From: Yuukianura sp. NJ FZ-2021
Lineage: Eukaryota
DNA: 64,000 nucleotides
Assembly: GCA_046563655.1 (NCBI GenBank)
Contig: CM102283.1
Span: forward strand, 1,860,001 to 1,924,000
Reading direction: 5' to 3'
The stretch's first letter is position 1. Each line of letters starts with the position of its first letter. Below are positions 52,315 to 64,000 of this stretch, in pieces. Both the position numbers and the translations under genes were made by a program. The notes under the pieces were generated by a model that was not told the origin of the DNA, did not search any database, and worked only from the letters and a program-made list of their open reading frames with translations.

Positions 52315-53804
52315 AATTTCAAACAAACCTTTGTTCGTGACTGGATATTCGGTTTTTTTTTGTCATTGTGTAGTGGGCAATGTCCACGAGTCAGGACATA
52401 TAATGTTTATTTTCCATTGCCAAGGGTAGGTATCATCAATAATTCAAAATGGCTACCATAGGAGTTGCTTAAAGTGAAACTTACATTTTCGAAAATGAAA
52501 TAACAAGCGGAAAGTTGAAATGAATTTAGGTTTGACATTTTAGTTTTTTTTTCCAAAAGTAAAAAAATGCAGGATTTGACAGTTCCTTTCTTCATCTTCT
52601 TGAGATTCTTTCATATCGTAAGTTAAACAGAAAATATTTTGTAAAAAAAAAAGTATTCTCAATTGTTTTTTGAATTTATATCTGATTAAATTGGAAAACT
52701 GAAATTGAAATTTTTGTTTCCAGTTGCTTGCATTGCCTGGAATGTGCATTTTGTCTTCTTATGGAAATCCAGCGCAGAAATACATGGGAGATGTGGAAAT
52801 CGCGTATCTATCGATCACCGGAGTTTCTTTTGTGGAAACTTGGATAATGGCGATTGTTCCACTGTGCTATAGAAAGAAAACATGCGTACGAAAAATTTCC
52901 AAAAATTATTTTAAAAGCCGATTTTGAACAAGTAGAATTGAAATTTTAGTTTTTGAGAATTGAATTACAAATTTCAAAATGTTAGAATCCGGCACACCGT
53001 TTCGTGTTTGCTGCTGCCATGCTTGGAGTTGGAATTGCTCTGCTCGTGCGTACCGTAAGGCTGGAAAAAGCGGGAGTTCCGAATTGTCGCGTCGTCCAGA
53101 CAGAAAGACACAGTTTTGGAAGGACAAAAACATATGATCGTGTTGCGCTGGATCAAGAGCCATGTCAACTCTATGGCAACAGGATCGCTGCAGGCGTATG
53201 AAGCTCTTAACCTAATATAAACCTAACCTTAGCCTAATAAGCCTAATAACCCTTTAAACCTTGCATGATATGTTGTAGCCAGTGAAATGATCACAATAAT
53301 TTGATCAAAAAGTGAAAAGATCAACAGTTGGACTAGAGTTTCTTATGCTTGGTCGTCTCACTTTTTGACCTTTTCACTTTTTGACCAAATTGTTTTTGAC
53401 CATATTATATGGAATCGTTTAGGTTGGGGCTCTCGTGAGTGCGTTGATTTACTTTGTAACTGGCTTCAAAAGAACGATGCGCATGCGTAGTAAGTTTGCT
53501 CTGGTTTCACCGTCACCCTCTGGTCAAGGTAACACATGAACCACGGCGTTTGCTAAAAGTTAACAACTTAATTAATTATTAATGATTAATCAAGCAAAAA
53601 ATATATAATAATTTTTGCCTACTTTCGTCAGTCTACTCCGTCTGGAACCCACAACCGCAAAATTATTATGCACATGCGCCGCCTGGGGCTTCGTACTACC
53701 AGCAGGAACCATCCGCAAAGTATGGGCAACCATACAACACAGCATACGGGGGATACCCAGCACATGGGCAGCACTACAGCGCAAACTACTACAGAACTTA
53801 CTAA
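52315..53804 (+). CDS. Four-TM MARVEL-like membrane protein with a Tyr/Gly/Pro/Gln-rich C-terminal tail (5' end unresolved)
   Basis: Phase-compatible exons ~52315-52425, 52573-52617, 52724-52885, 52987-53195, 53423-53528, 53632-53804. Four hydrophobic helices, then YSVWNPQPQNYYAHAPPGASYYQQEPSAKYGQPYNTAYGGYPAHGQHYSANYYRTY*. Confidence 0.6.
53285..53417. mobile_element. Small foldback element with inverted ~15-bp repeats, next to AACCT-rich sequence
   Basis: TGATCAAAAAGTGAAAAGATCAA is mirrored by TTGACCTTTTCACTTTTTGACCA. It ends ATGGAATCG, like the 23.7-kb element (ATGAAATCG). Confidence 0.5.
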
Positions 53805-54576
53805 AGTGCAATTAATTTAACAAACTACTAAGATTAATCATGAGTTACCGAATAAATTAAAGTGTTTGTATACCAAACAACTTCAAATTAAGTAAACTTC
53901 AACTTTAATTCCAACGGAATTAATATAATATAACATTTTATAGAAAATATTTTCTAAGCAAGGAAACTGGAAGGGGGGACAAGGAACGTTAAAAATACTG
54001 AATTACTACTTTAATTTAATAACTTTAAGTATAAGTTATACTTTGAGAAAATTCGTTGGGTTGGAGGCTCAGTTAATTAAATTAGTTTCTTCCAGTCACC
54101 TTGTGATTAGTTAATTAATTGTTATAATTATTAATTGTTAGCTGTGTTTAGAATTACGTAGTATAAGGCATAAGTACAAAATTTGATGTCACTTTTGCTT
54201 GAGCCGTGTGCAATTATTCAGGAACATTTGTAGCCTCTAGATATTCCACGGGTGAGAAAAACTAAACAAAAATTAAAGCATTAGTCAAGTGGAAATTAAC
54301 TTTTGATTAATCGATTAATGAAAAGTTGGTGTCAAATGAAATAAATACCTTTAAGTGTGCACACGAAATGCACACTCACAGACCAGTTCGAATTTAAGTG
54401 CTTGTTTAGGTGTAGAGAAGTTGTTGACTTGATTCTAGTACAAAGGGCAAAGGTCAAGGTCACGTTAATCTTGTACTCGTTTTTGATTGGTTGTTATGTT
54501 TGGTCTAGCTGTAGTTTTAAGTTTAGTAATTTTACATGTAGTATTTTTTGTAATGTATGCTCGATTATTACCAGAG

Positions 54577-56428
54577 TTAAAGCTTCGGTTTTGCACAAAC
54601 GTCGGAATGGGTCACCCACGCAGCTGACTGGAAGACAAAAATTTCAAAAACTTCCAAATTTCATTTTTTTCATAACCTATCGAAAATCTCTCTACAGTTT
54701 GGAATTTGACTGACCTGGCATGCCCTGTCACAGTACCATTGATTCTCACAACCAGCACAAACAAACAAAGCCTGCTTCTTGTTACAGTACTGGCAAAGTG
54801 CAGTCGTCGCTGCCGAAGTGTTGACAGCAGCAGCAGATTCGTTTTTATACTCAACCTAAAAAAAAAATTCATCAAAAATATATTTCTTTACTCATCACAT
54901 TTTTTTTTGTCGTACCGGCTGATTTGAAGCGACGATCTGCAATTCATTATTGACTGTGAGCACAGCGTTAACCTTGCCTTTACGCTTCTTCACTTTTCCA
55001 TTTTTCTTTTTGGAAGTGACTGCCTTTGGTTTAGCAAATTCTACATGAACTGGTTCTGGAAGACCTTGAGAAATACTTGGACTTGCACCACTGCGTGGAG
55101 GAGTTTGACAAAATGCTGAATCTGCTAGAAGACTAGCCAACGTCAAAGTAGAGTCAAATCGATCACTCAACGAAGGAATCTTTGGGTATTGCACAGTAGA
55201 TGACAACTTTGGTTTTGGATTGGATTTGGAATTTGCCGGTTTCGATTGTACTGGTGTGAGATTTGAATTCACTGCTTCTAGATTTTGTTCATGGGCGGAG
55301 ATTTTGGCCAAGGCGACAAGCACATCGGAGTAGTTGAAACTGGGAGCGTCAATAAGTGTACCGGATACTTTGGATTTTTTGGTCATCTGCTCAGCAGTGT
55401 CGGATTTTCGTTTCGTAGCAGTCGAGGTCCTGGAAGTTATAAAATACTTACGTTATTGTACAGGTCCAGTTTTCAACTTTGATAATTTACCTGTTATTTT
55501 GAACTTTTGACGACAATCCGTTGAGAGCTGCTGCTAACTGGGGTGAACTTTGTGGCAAAACTGTAGTTGAATGATCAATTTTTGGTTCCAATTGGAAACA
55601 GGATGCTTCTTCAGTTTTGGAATCAGTCTCCATGTTATCTTCGCAAACGTCTGGGTCGGGTTTCAAAATATCCTGGACGAACTGATTTGTGACTAAGTTG
55701 GACAATTCGTCTTCAGGTTTGACTGATTCTTCTTCTTTAGTGACATCTATCTTCCGTTTCAATTGAGTAAGCAGTATCTCCTTCAGCTTCTTCAGTCGGA
55801 GGATTCCATTCCACTCAGCCTCCTTAGCATTTAGAAGTTCCGTCAGCTGATTGACCTCGCCTTGTAACTGGTTGAGTCGATTTTGATGTAAAATTCCATT
55901 GGCCACCGTCTCTGCATCCGTCGCAGAAACCGAATATGCTTCAATTTTGGGCACCACATCTCCTACAGCTAAGAAAAAGTATAAGTTAAACGTTAATCTT
56001 AACGTTCTTAGGTAATCCAATCCATTATAATAATCAATATTGATGATCAATTATTCTTTGAATACCACCGTACCATTTGTACTAGTCAAATTCTCTTGGG
56101 TTTCACAAGCATTGTTTTCCATCTTGACACATGACTCGGGCTCCAAACCAAGAATTTCATTGCGATCGTTGTAATTGTCTTCCATTTTGGATTCTACCTC
56201 AAAATCGGGTTCTGACTGGCAAGTAGTATCTTCGGCTCCCGTTTCGGTCTGGTTTGATAACGGGTCAAGGTCACTGTCGTGTTGATTGTCCAATCCAATG
56301 ATACTGATACTATCATGATTCTTGTCAGCTGTTTCCATTTTCATACTCCCAATCGCAGATCCTGTCAAATTAAGATGGATTCCATCCTCGCCATTATTGT
56401 CCCACGCGTTCGGATAAGCCGTGGCCAT
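54577..56428 (-). CDS. MYND-type zinc finger protein with a central coiled coil
   Basis: In-frame exons end in CQYCNKKQALFVCAGCENQWYCDRACQ|SAAWVTHSDVC (MYND). Coiled coil EWNGILRLKKLKEILLTQLKRK. Several short upstream exons (56560-57150) are probably UTR, and the start is tentative. Confidence 0.8.
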
Positions 56429-57259
56429 TGCTGTAGCTTCGCTCTTCGCTCGCAACTACATACAAGGTAGCCGAAAAAAATTACATTGCCTGGCTGTTCT
56501 TTTTCTTATTCCTAACAAGGTTAATTGACTATAAAATATACGAAACGATTAGCTTACGTATTTATTGGAACTGCTCGATCAGCACCACTGGTTCTAAATT
56601 AAAGAAAAGAAACAGATGACAGATGAGCACAACCTACCATTCCATGTGATTGATCACATTAAAAGAAAGTATGCGATTAGTATAATGAAGTCGTGTTGTT
56701 GTTGAACATGACCTTACCATTACCAAGGTTAGCCCCCAATTGTTGAAAACCAAGTCAAACTTGTTGTGTCGAAGTGAATTGTGATTTTAATTAATTGATC
56801 TCCACCCAATTAATTTACCTCTTCTGCTTATGTCTGCTGTCTCCTCGTGCCCTCCACCTGACCTCCAAGGACTCCAGGGAAAGCACTGCAAAATAAGTAG
56901 AAACAAAAGAAAAGAAGTTAGACATAAGGAAATGACATGCTACAAATCCCGCGCTAAAAATACGAGACAATATTTTATTGTTTTCATAAAATGTTCATGC
57001 AATAGTAGTCATTATGATTTCATCAATAGCAAATGATATTTTGCAGAGTGCTACACTTTAATATAATATATTAACTTTTACTCATTTGTTTATTTAACTT
57101 AAAAAAAAATAAATAATTTGAAAAAGAGTCAAAGAGTGCTCACACCTTGTTGTTTGTACAAAATGTCGCCCCGGTTTATTGATGAAGAGAACAATGTTGA
57201 CAGCGGGAAAATTTTTAATTTGAAGAAGACAAAAAAAGGATTTGTTTTTGTCTTTTTTC

Positions 57260-57493
57260 GTTGAAATAAGGGTTAACAACCTCATTGTAGCCCGCGTTGT
57301 TGTCGCTTCGGGAATCTTGTGTGATAATAATAAAAGGCTACATATAGACCACATTTGTAGCCGTTGTGACGTACCCTAAATTTTTACGCCTAAAGTGGCA
57401 ACAAAAATAGCGGTATAGTGTAGCCACCCAGTGTAGCCGCAAAGGGCTAATACTGTGTGGCTACAATAGCGGGCGTTATACCTTACCCCAACC
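57260..57493. mobile_element. MITE family A, copy 3, between the divergent MYND and ZnF/NR-DBD genes
   Basis: GTTGAAATAAGGGTTAACAACCTCATTGTAGCC ... GGCTACAATAGCGGGCGTTATACCTTACCCCAACC imperfect TIRs. The right end is the exact reverse complement of GGTTGGGGTAAGG at 1807. Confidence 0.7.
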
Positions 57494-57787
57494 TGTTTTA
57501 TGTTTGACATCGATTTTTTGTGAATTTTAAGTTTTAAACTTTATTGTTATTCAAATAGTGCTGGTTGAGTTCGAATCAGTTAAATTAATTAGTAATTAAG
57601 ATTGAGTGTGTTGAGTATCTCAAAATTAAGTGGTGGCAGATTTGTCATGTAAAAGTAATAAGGAGCGTAATTTAATTTCTTTGCTTACCTTGTTTTCAGT
57701 ACAATTGAATGACAGTTGAATGTCGTTTCTCTTTCGTATTTTTAGGACCTGCAAGAGATAAATGACGACTTGGTGATTCCAGGCAGA

Positions 57788-60700
57788 ATGAAGCTGGAAA
57801 CTCATTGTTTACTATGCCAAAAGCTGTCGTTACAACTAGCAAATTCTCAGGATCCGACAACTAAAGGCTGGAAGAAGGCATGCGCTGATTCCATTTGCAG
57901 TTCACTTCGAATAACTGGCAAGCCGATTTGCTCTGTTTGGTTCAAACGGGCAACGTACTGCGAGGACTGCTACCAAACCTTTTGTGACTTTGAATTTATT
58001 GAAAAATCGATCCAGCGTCTTCAAAAACGTCTTCAGGAGATCACTGAAACTGCAGAACAATTGATACTGAAAAATGTCGAAGATTTGGGTTCCGGGGAGG
58101 ATAGGACGGGCGAAGAATACTTTGAGGCTGTGAAATTCATTGGCCGTGAATTGAGTCGAAGAGGGAAAAATACTTTTGACGATGACATTGACGATGGGGG
58201 TATCGGCTTTCGATCGGCAGTATTGCAATCAGATGAGATTGAAACAAATTATGAAGTTAAGACTGAAGTCGACTGTGACCCGTGCGACGTTATTTACAAT
58301 GATAATACTGATTACTTTCCTGTTTCTGCATTCAGTGAAACAGAATTTCGCAGCCAGTCTGGATCTGATCCGGAGGAAGATCCGCTTGGAGGACATAGCG
58401 GGCCAGATTCTCCGATTAATCAGGAACAAGTATCAGAAAGACATCCTCCCTCAATTTCAAAGAGAAGTACCAGACAAGGTTCGCGATACCTTCGGAATTC
58501 TTCGGGACCTAATACAACTTCTGATGCTGCATCAATCTCCGCAGCATCCTCCATGTCAATGGCAATGCCAATACAATCTACTTTAGGAGGACGTTATCGT
58601 CGGATTGCTCCTGCGCCATTTCCACGCGTTCCTTCACCTTCACCACCACAAGAAGTTCCATCAAAACCAACACCTTGTAAATTGGATCTTGAACGAAGTA
58701 TGGCACGACGACATCGACGTTGGAAATGGTACAGCCGTAGAGCTCAGCGCAGGACTAATACCGACGCTCCAAAAATAATCAACTCTGCTGCTATTACATC
58801 AACAGCACTAATCACAAACGTTGCTCCACGTCCACCTATAGCACCAGTCTTAGCTCCTACACCAGCACCAATTACGAACTTAGCTCCAATTATGCCACCA
58901 CTCACACAAGTTGCTCCAAGTAGAAGAAGAACACCAATCACAATAGGTCCAGCCAAGACACCAGTGTACAGTACATCTGCAGCGAGCGCCAGCGTATTAA
59001 ATTCATTACCACTTCGTCGAATTGCCCCAGCTCCATCTCCACTGCGATTCCGTTTCCCTCTCCCCCTCATCCCCATTGCACCAACACCTCCCCAAATTCC
59101 AGTAACTTCAACTGCCAGATCAACGTCAACTACTGTCGGACGACACCGTGATCTGGCTCCCTCCACATCCATACCGGAAACCGCGCTCTTGCCAACTCCT
59201 TCCCCAACTTCGTCGCCAATTCGCTATGTATTAGGCTCTATGATTTCTGGAAACAAGTAAGTTCAAAACCTTGACGACGTTTACGTGTAGTTAAGGCGTG
59301 TGCAAAATGTAACACATGTGCATTGTAAAATGTGAGATGTATCAATGTAAACTATTTCTGACGTACATGTACACACAAATCAAGTTTAACTTTTTCTGGT
59401 TTTAGTATACTACCATCGTTGCCGTTCTGGATGCCTGATACTTTTGGTGGAAATGTGATACGTACAAATAATCCAATGACGCAACCGCCAGCACTTATTC
59501 CCACGATACGGCCAGAAGTAATTGATATTGACATGAGCGACACTGAAGCACCAGCGGATGTTGATGTTGATCCTGCTGATTCTACCGTGCTGGATTCAAG
59601 CCCTGGAATTCGCAGTATATATTCAGCCATTACAAGCAGCACACTTCCAGCGATATCTTGTACTGTTCCTCAAGTTCTGCAAACATCGGCCGGAAAGAAA
59701 GTGAAACCTATGAAATCGAAGAAGATACGTTGCAATTATCTCAACTGCAAATACGAAACCTCTGCAAAGTTCCCTTACGTTTTAGATGCTCATGTTCAGC
59801 AAGTTCATCATGGAGGTGCAAAGCCGTTCCGTGTCTCCTACTGCAACGAAACTTTCAAGACAAGACATAATTTAAACGAACATGTCAACAGAGTCAATCG
59901 AAAACCAGTAAAACCGTCTCCAGTAGAAGTCGTTGATATTGACTTAAGTGACGGAGAGGCACCTTCCGAAACTAACGTTACGGGTTCTAAGTTAGTTAAA
60001 CTTAGAACTACTCGCCGAAAGTATTTAACAAGGAGTACGACCAAGTCAAATACTTATCCAGTTCTGCCAAAACGACCGAGAATAGAATTGAATCGACATC
60101 AGTGGAAGAGGCTATATTGCAGTTACGAAAACTGCGATTACAACACGCTGGAAAGGTTTGAGCACCTCTTAGCCGCTCATGTTCGAAAAGTTCACGAAGG
60201 AGATCAAAAGCCGTTCCATTGCTCCGATTGCACCAGAAGTTACACATCAATGGCTCGTTTGACCGACCACGTCAAAAAAGTTCACAGAGACCCAGTGATT
60301 TGCCCTTGTCCCCATTGCCCGCGTACTTTCAAATATCAAACGTCTCTTGATAACCATATGAAGTGTCGACATCCATATCCACTAAATACTGCTCGTTCTT
60401 ATCCCAAATGCAAGATATGTACGAAAATGTGTCGAGATGAAGCAGAGCTGGCAGCACATGAGGATTTACACAACGTTCCAGCTGATGGCGAAAACGTTTT
60501 GTCTTGTGTTCTCTGTACAACTAAATTCAGTTCGGACGTTGAACTGGGACGACATGTGAACAGAGTCCATGAAGATGAGTACCGGACAGTTAAGTGTCCC
60601 GACTGCGATGAATTGTTCTTCCGCAAAGAAGAGTTACGCAGTCATGTCAGAAATAACCATACCAAAAGGGATCCAAAGTTCAAATGCACAGTTGCTGGTT

Positions 60701-63248
60701 GCGATTTTGTGGGAGTAGGTCCCTCGTCTTATGCCGGTCATAAAATTTCACACTCAATTGCTAAACCGTTTAAATGCATCCGACCGAATTGTAACAAAAA
60801 GTTTAAGCATCAGCGAGGTCTGGACATACATACGCAAGTTCATGCGATGAAGGATAAACTGATTGAGCCCAAATTCACATGCTCCGTTTGTTCCAGAGGT
60901 AAGCAAAACTCTGACTTATTTTTGAAAAGTAAAAACTAAAATTTTGAATTGTTTTGAAATAGGTTTCATCAGGCAGGATTCGTTGGTTACGCATATGCAA
61001 AGTCACAACAACTTAAGGCCATTTCTATGTGACCAATGTCCAATGGCATTCAAGGCCCTTCCTTCTCTCACCAAGCATGTTTGGAGACACGCTCAACGTG
61101 CAGCTTTACACACATCTCCAGAATTTGACGCATCAGAGAATCAGGAAAGGCGTAGACAACGGAATCCAGCGGACCAAACTGCAATAATTGGTGAGTTTGT
61201 GCCAACAAAAGAATTTTTGAGTGTTTCTAATTCACCATTGACTTTGTTTCTGTTGACAGGTGACTGCTGTAAAGTCTGTGGAGACACTATGAATTTGGTT
61301 ATCGTTGGGTCTATAACGACGTGTTTCCCCTGTCGTATGTTTTTTGAGTATCATGAGACCAGCAAAACCAGCAATTCCGTTAAACTAAAGACCACTAACC
61401 GTATATGCGACAATGGAGATTGTACAATTACGACAGAGACGAGGAGTGATTGCAAAAGCTGCCGACTCAAAAAGTGTTACGCCGTAGGAATGAAAATTGA
61501 GGGTGAGTTTAAAAAAGTGAGGTCACTCCCCGCTGTAAATTTAACATTTTCTAATATATTCTATAAATGGTTTATAACGCAAACTCCGCAATATCCAAAC
61601 TTATATTTCTTATGTCAGATTATATCAAACCCGTAACAGAAGTCAGGATATCTTACCGTCGTGGCAAATCGCGATGTAAGAATGATAAGCCAAAGCCACG
61701 GTCCGGAAATTCTGAAACACGAGAGGAGTGTCCAATTTGCTTTTCCAAAAGTAGTCGAATTGGAGACGTCTTTGGTGCGACGGCGTGCCACAATTGTAGA
61801 AGTTTCTTTGCAAAAGCGACACAGCTTAACCGTGTGTTCAAATGTGCTTTCGACAACAACTGCCAGTTCACTCCAGAACGAGACGTCTATTGTGCAAGTT
61901 GTCGTATGCAAAAATGCATTGCTGCTGGAATGAAGACTGAGGGTAATCAACTAAATTAAAAAAAAAGTTCAAACAAATATTTCTTTCTATTTTCAGATCT
62001 TTTACTAACCTTTTTGATTACTTTTCTAGCGGTAGGAGTCAATTCTGTGTCACTAGTGACAGGAAAATGTCCTGTTTGTGAAAGGGATATGGAATTGAAA
62101 AACTTGTTTGGTGTCCTCGCATGTGCAAATTGTGGTCGCAATTTCTGGATGGCTGTTCGTCTCAACCGGCCGAAGAGTTGTCCAAAAGAAGTGCCATGCA
62201 GGAATCTACGGTCTTGTCATGGATGTCGCTGGACAAAGTTCGTACAAGCTGGATTTAAGCCCGAATGTAAGTGTATTTGCATCCTATAAAGTAAAAATGA
62301 GGAGTAAAGATTAATTTTTTGAAAATTTTCTGACTGGTATTTTTTGTAATTCAGTGGTGAATTTGCCAAAGGGAGTAATGGAACCTGTTCAAACAAGCTA
62401 TACTTGTGCAGTATGTGGTGATGCTGGCAAGCATCGGTGCCGTGACGGACGTGTGTGTGGCAGTTGTAGTTTATTTTTCAGTAAAATTACTGTAAAGGAG
62501 GCTGTGCCGGTTTGTACCAAAGGCGGGAACTGTCCCATTGACATGCTCACAAGAGTGGACTGCAAGGCCTGTCGTCTTCAAAAGTGCTACCAAGTCGGCA
62601 TGCGCCGAAGTAAAGTTGTCGTAAAAACATTTTTAAAGTAGAACTTTCCAAATAGTGTAAATTGATTGGTTGTTTGTGGTGTGTACAGCAAAGGCCTATA
62701 CGAGACGAACGGAACCGGACGGGTCTGTGCAAAATTGTAAAATCTGCGGTGACGTTTCCATTGGAAGTCGCTATGGAGTCCAATCCTGTGAATCTTGTTC
62801 CTTCTTTTTTATGAAGGGAAGTGGTAGGGACTTTGGAGACTGTATGGTGACACACGGAAACTGCGAAATTACGAAGGAAACACGCACGAAATGTCAACCT
62901 TGTCGTATGGCCAAATGTGTTGAGCAGGGCATGAAGAAAGGTCAGATTTAAAAAAAATGAAACTAACAGAATATCACAGTGTTTTGATTACGTTAATTGT
63001 TTTTTTTCCTAGCTCCTGAGCGAAGACGACTAGGACGAATTCCTAAAGATTCAGAAGAGGCTCGTGCCTTAAGGAAATTAATCAGCAACGCTGCAGCGGA
63101 ACCTGCTGAAGCTGCTTCCGCTGAAGCTCAAAATACTGCTGAAAATGCTGATGAGCCGCCGCAGTTTGCTCTGGAATTGGTTTCAGTTCCACATGAAAGC
63201 CCCGCCGGAACCACCTACTCATTTTCGTTGCCCGCAAATGAGTGGTAG
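57788..63248 (+). CDS. ~1578-aa chimeric transcription factor: ZAD-like C4 domain, Pro-rich region, 12 C2H2 fingers (one degenerate), five tandem nuclear-receptor-type DBDs, no LBD
   Basis: Nine exons join in one frame with GT-AG introns: 57788-59256, 59406-60898, 60963-61190, 61260-61502, 61619-61942, 62030-62266, 62355-62609, 62689-62940, 63013-63248 (4737 nt). Each DBD has CxxC...CxxC..F and C..C...CxxCR..K...G(M/F). Confidence 0.85.
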
Positions 63249-63853
63249 AACTTTCGTTTAGGTCAAAGGTCAAATTGAGATTTTTGGCAACAAATATTTG
63301 ATTTTGATACATAGTAGTAGTGATGTAAGAAACGAAAGTTTTGAAACTTTCAAAATTGTGGTAGAGTTTTTTTTTTAGAACAAATGTCGCGTTTAGAATT
63401 CACTAATTTTTGTTACTTTTTTTTAAACATTTGTTGTCCATTTCTAATTAGTGAGAGGTTTATATCTTGATTTTCATTGGTCAAAGTCAGAGTTACGAAA
63501 TTAAATGTTTCATTTCCACAACGAATCATCTAGGAATTTGGTCCAAGAATTTTCTTGGACCAACTTCCATACGAAGTTTGAAGAGCAAGGAAAATATTGT
63601 TGATTTGATAATTTTTCTAGGGATGTTAATTGGTTGAACCAAAGTTTCCTCACCACCTCACCTCTTTATTAATGAGTTAACTAATAATTAATCATTAATT
63701 AGGAATAAATGTATTAAAAAATCTGAGTCGACCACATTGAAACTCTTAATTTTCCTTGTGATCTGTTTCCTGTAGCTTTCGACTTGTAATGATTTTAGTT
63801 GATCTTTGAAAGTTATTAAGAAAGCGTTGATCTCCCTTTGAATTTTGGACAAG

Positions 63854-64000
63854 ATGAGGGTCGTCGTATTTCTGTTGGTGGTAAATTTTACCTTAGTTGT
63901 TAGTGGGTCAAAAAACTGGGAAAGAGCAAAACAAGCACTTGCTCATGGAGATCAAGTTTCAGAATTCGCAACAGAACAAGCAAAAGAAAAACGTGGATTT
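63854..64000 (+). CDS. 5' portion of a putative secreted protein (runs off the window)
   Basis: MRVVVFLLVVNFTLVVSGSKNWERAKQALAHGDQVSEFATEQAKEKRGF... has a signal-peptide-like N-terminus and is open to the window end. An acceptor lies upstream at ~63774. Confidence 0.5.
   Translation, partial: MRVVVFLLVVNFTLVVSGSKNWERAKQALAHGDQVSEFATEQAKEKRGF

Noticed and set aside
53590-53815. ORF-track proteins 53590-53811 (-) and 53615-53815 (+)
   Set aside because: These are shadow frames. The third plus-strand frame is the phase-compatible terminal exon of the 4-TM gene.

Overview
This is AT-rich eukaryotic genomic DNA with many short GT-AG introns. The gene set (HR39, CNMamide receptor, prag01/COX7B-like, TTAGG-like motifs) suggests an arthropod, possibly a basal hexapod such as a collembolan; this is inference. 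Hand-spliced genes: nuclear receptor HR39 (-), THOC3 (+), tRNA-Sec (+), TTC38 (-), a ~21-exon CatSper-epsilon-like sperm channel subunit (-), an adjacent RIIa docking-domain membrane protein (-), CNMamide receptor (-), prag01/COX7B-like (-), Rac1 (-), an N-terminally extended Sec61-gamma (-), a MARVEL-like 4-TM protein (+) and a MYND-finger protein (-). There is also a ~1578-aa protein (+) that joins a ZAD-like domain, 12 C2H2 fingers and five tandem nuclear-receptor DNA-binding domains with no ligand-binding domain. Several MITEs with clear TIRs/TSDs and a 131-bp minisatellite are present. The most notable items are the C2H2 + 5x NR-DBD chimera and the CatSper-epsilon/RIIa gene pair. All homology calls come from motif recognition by eye, not from database searches.
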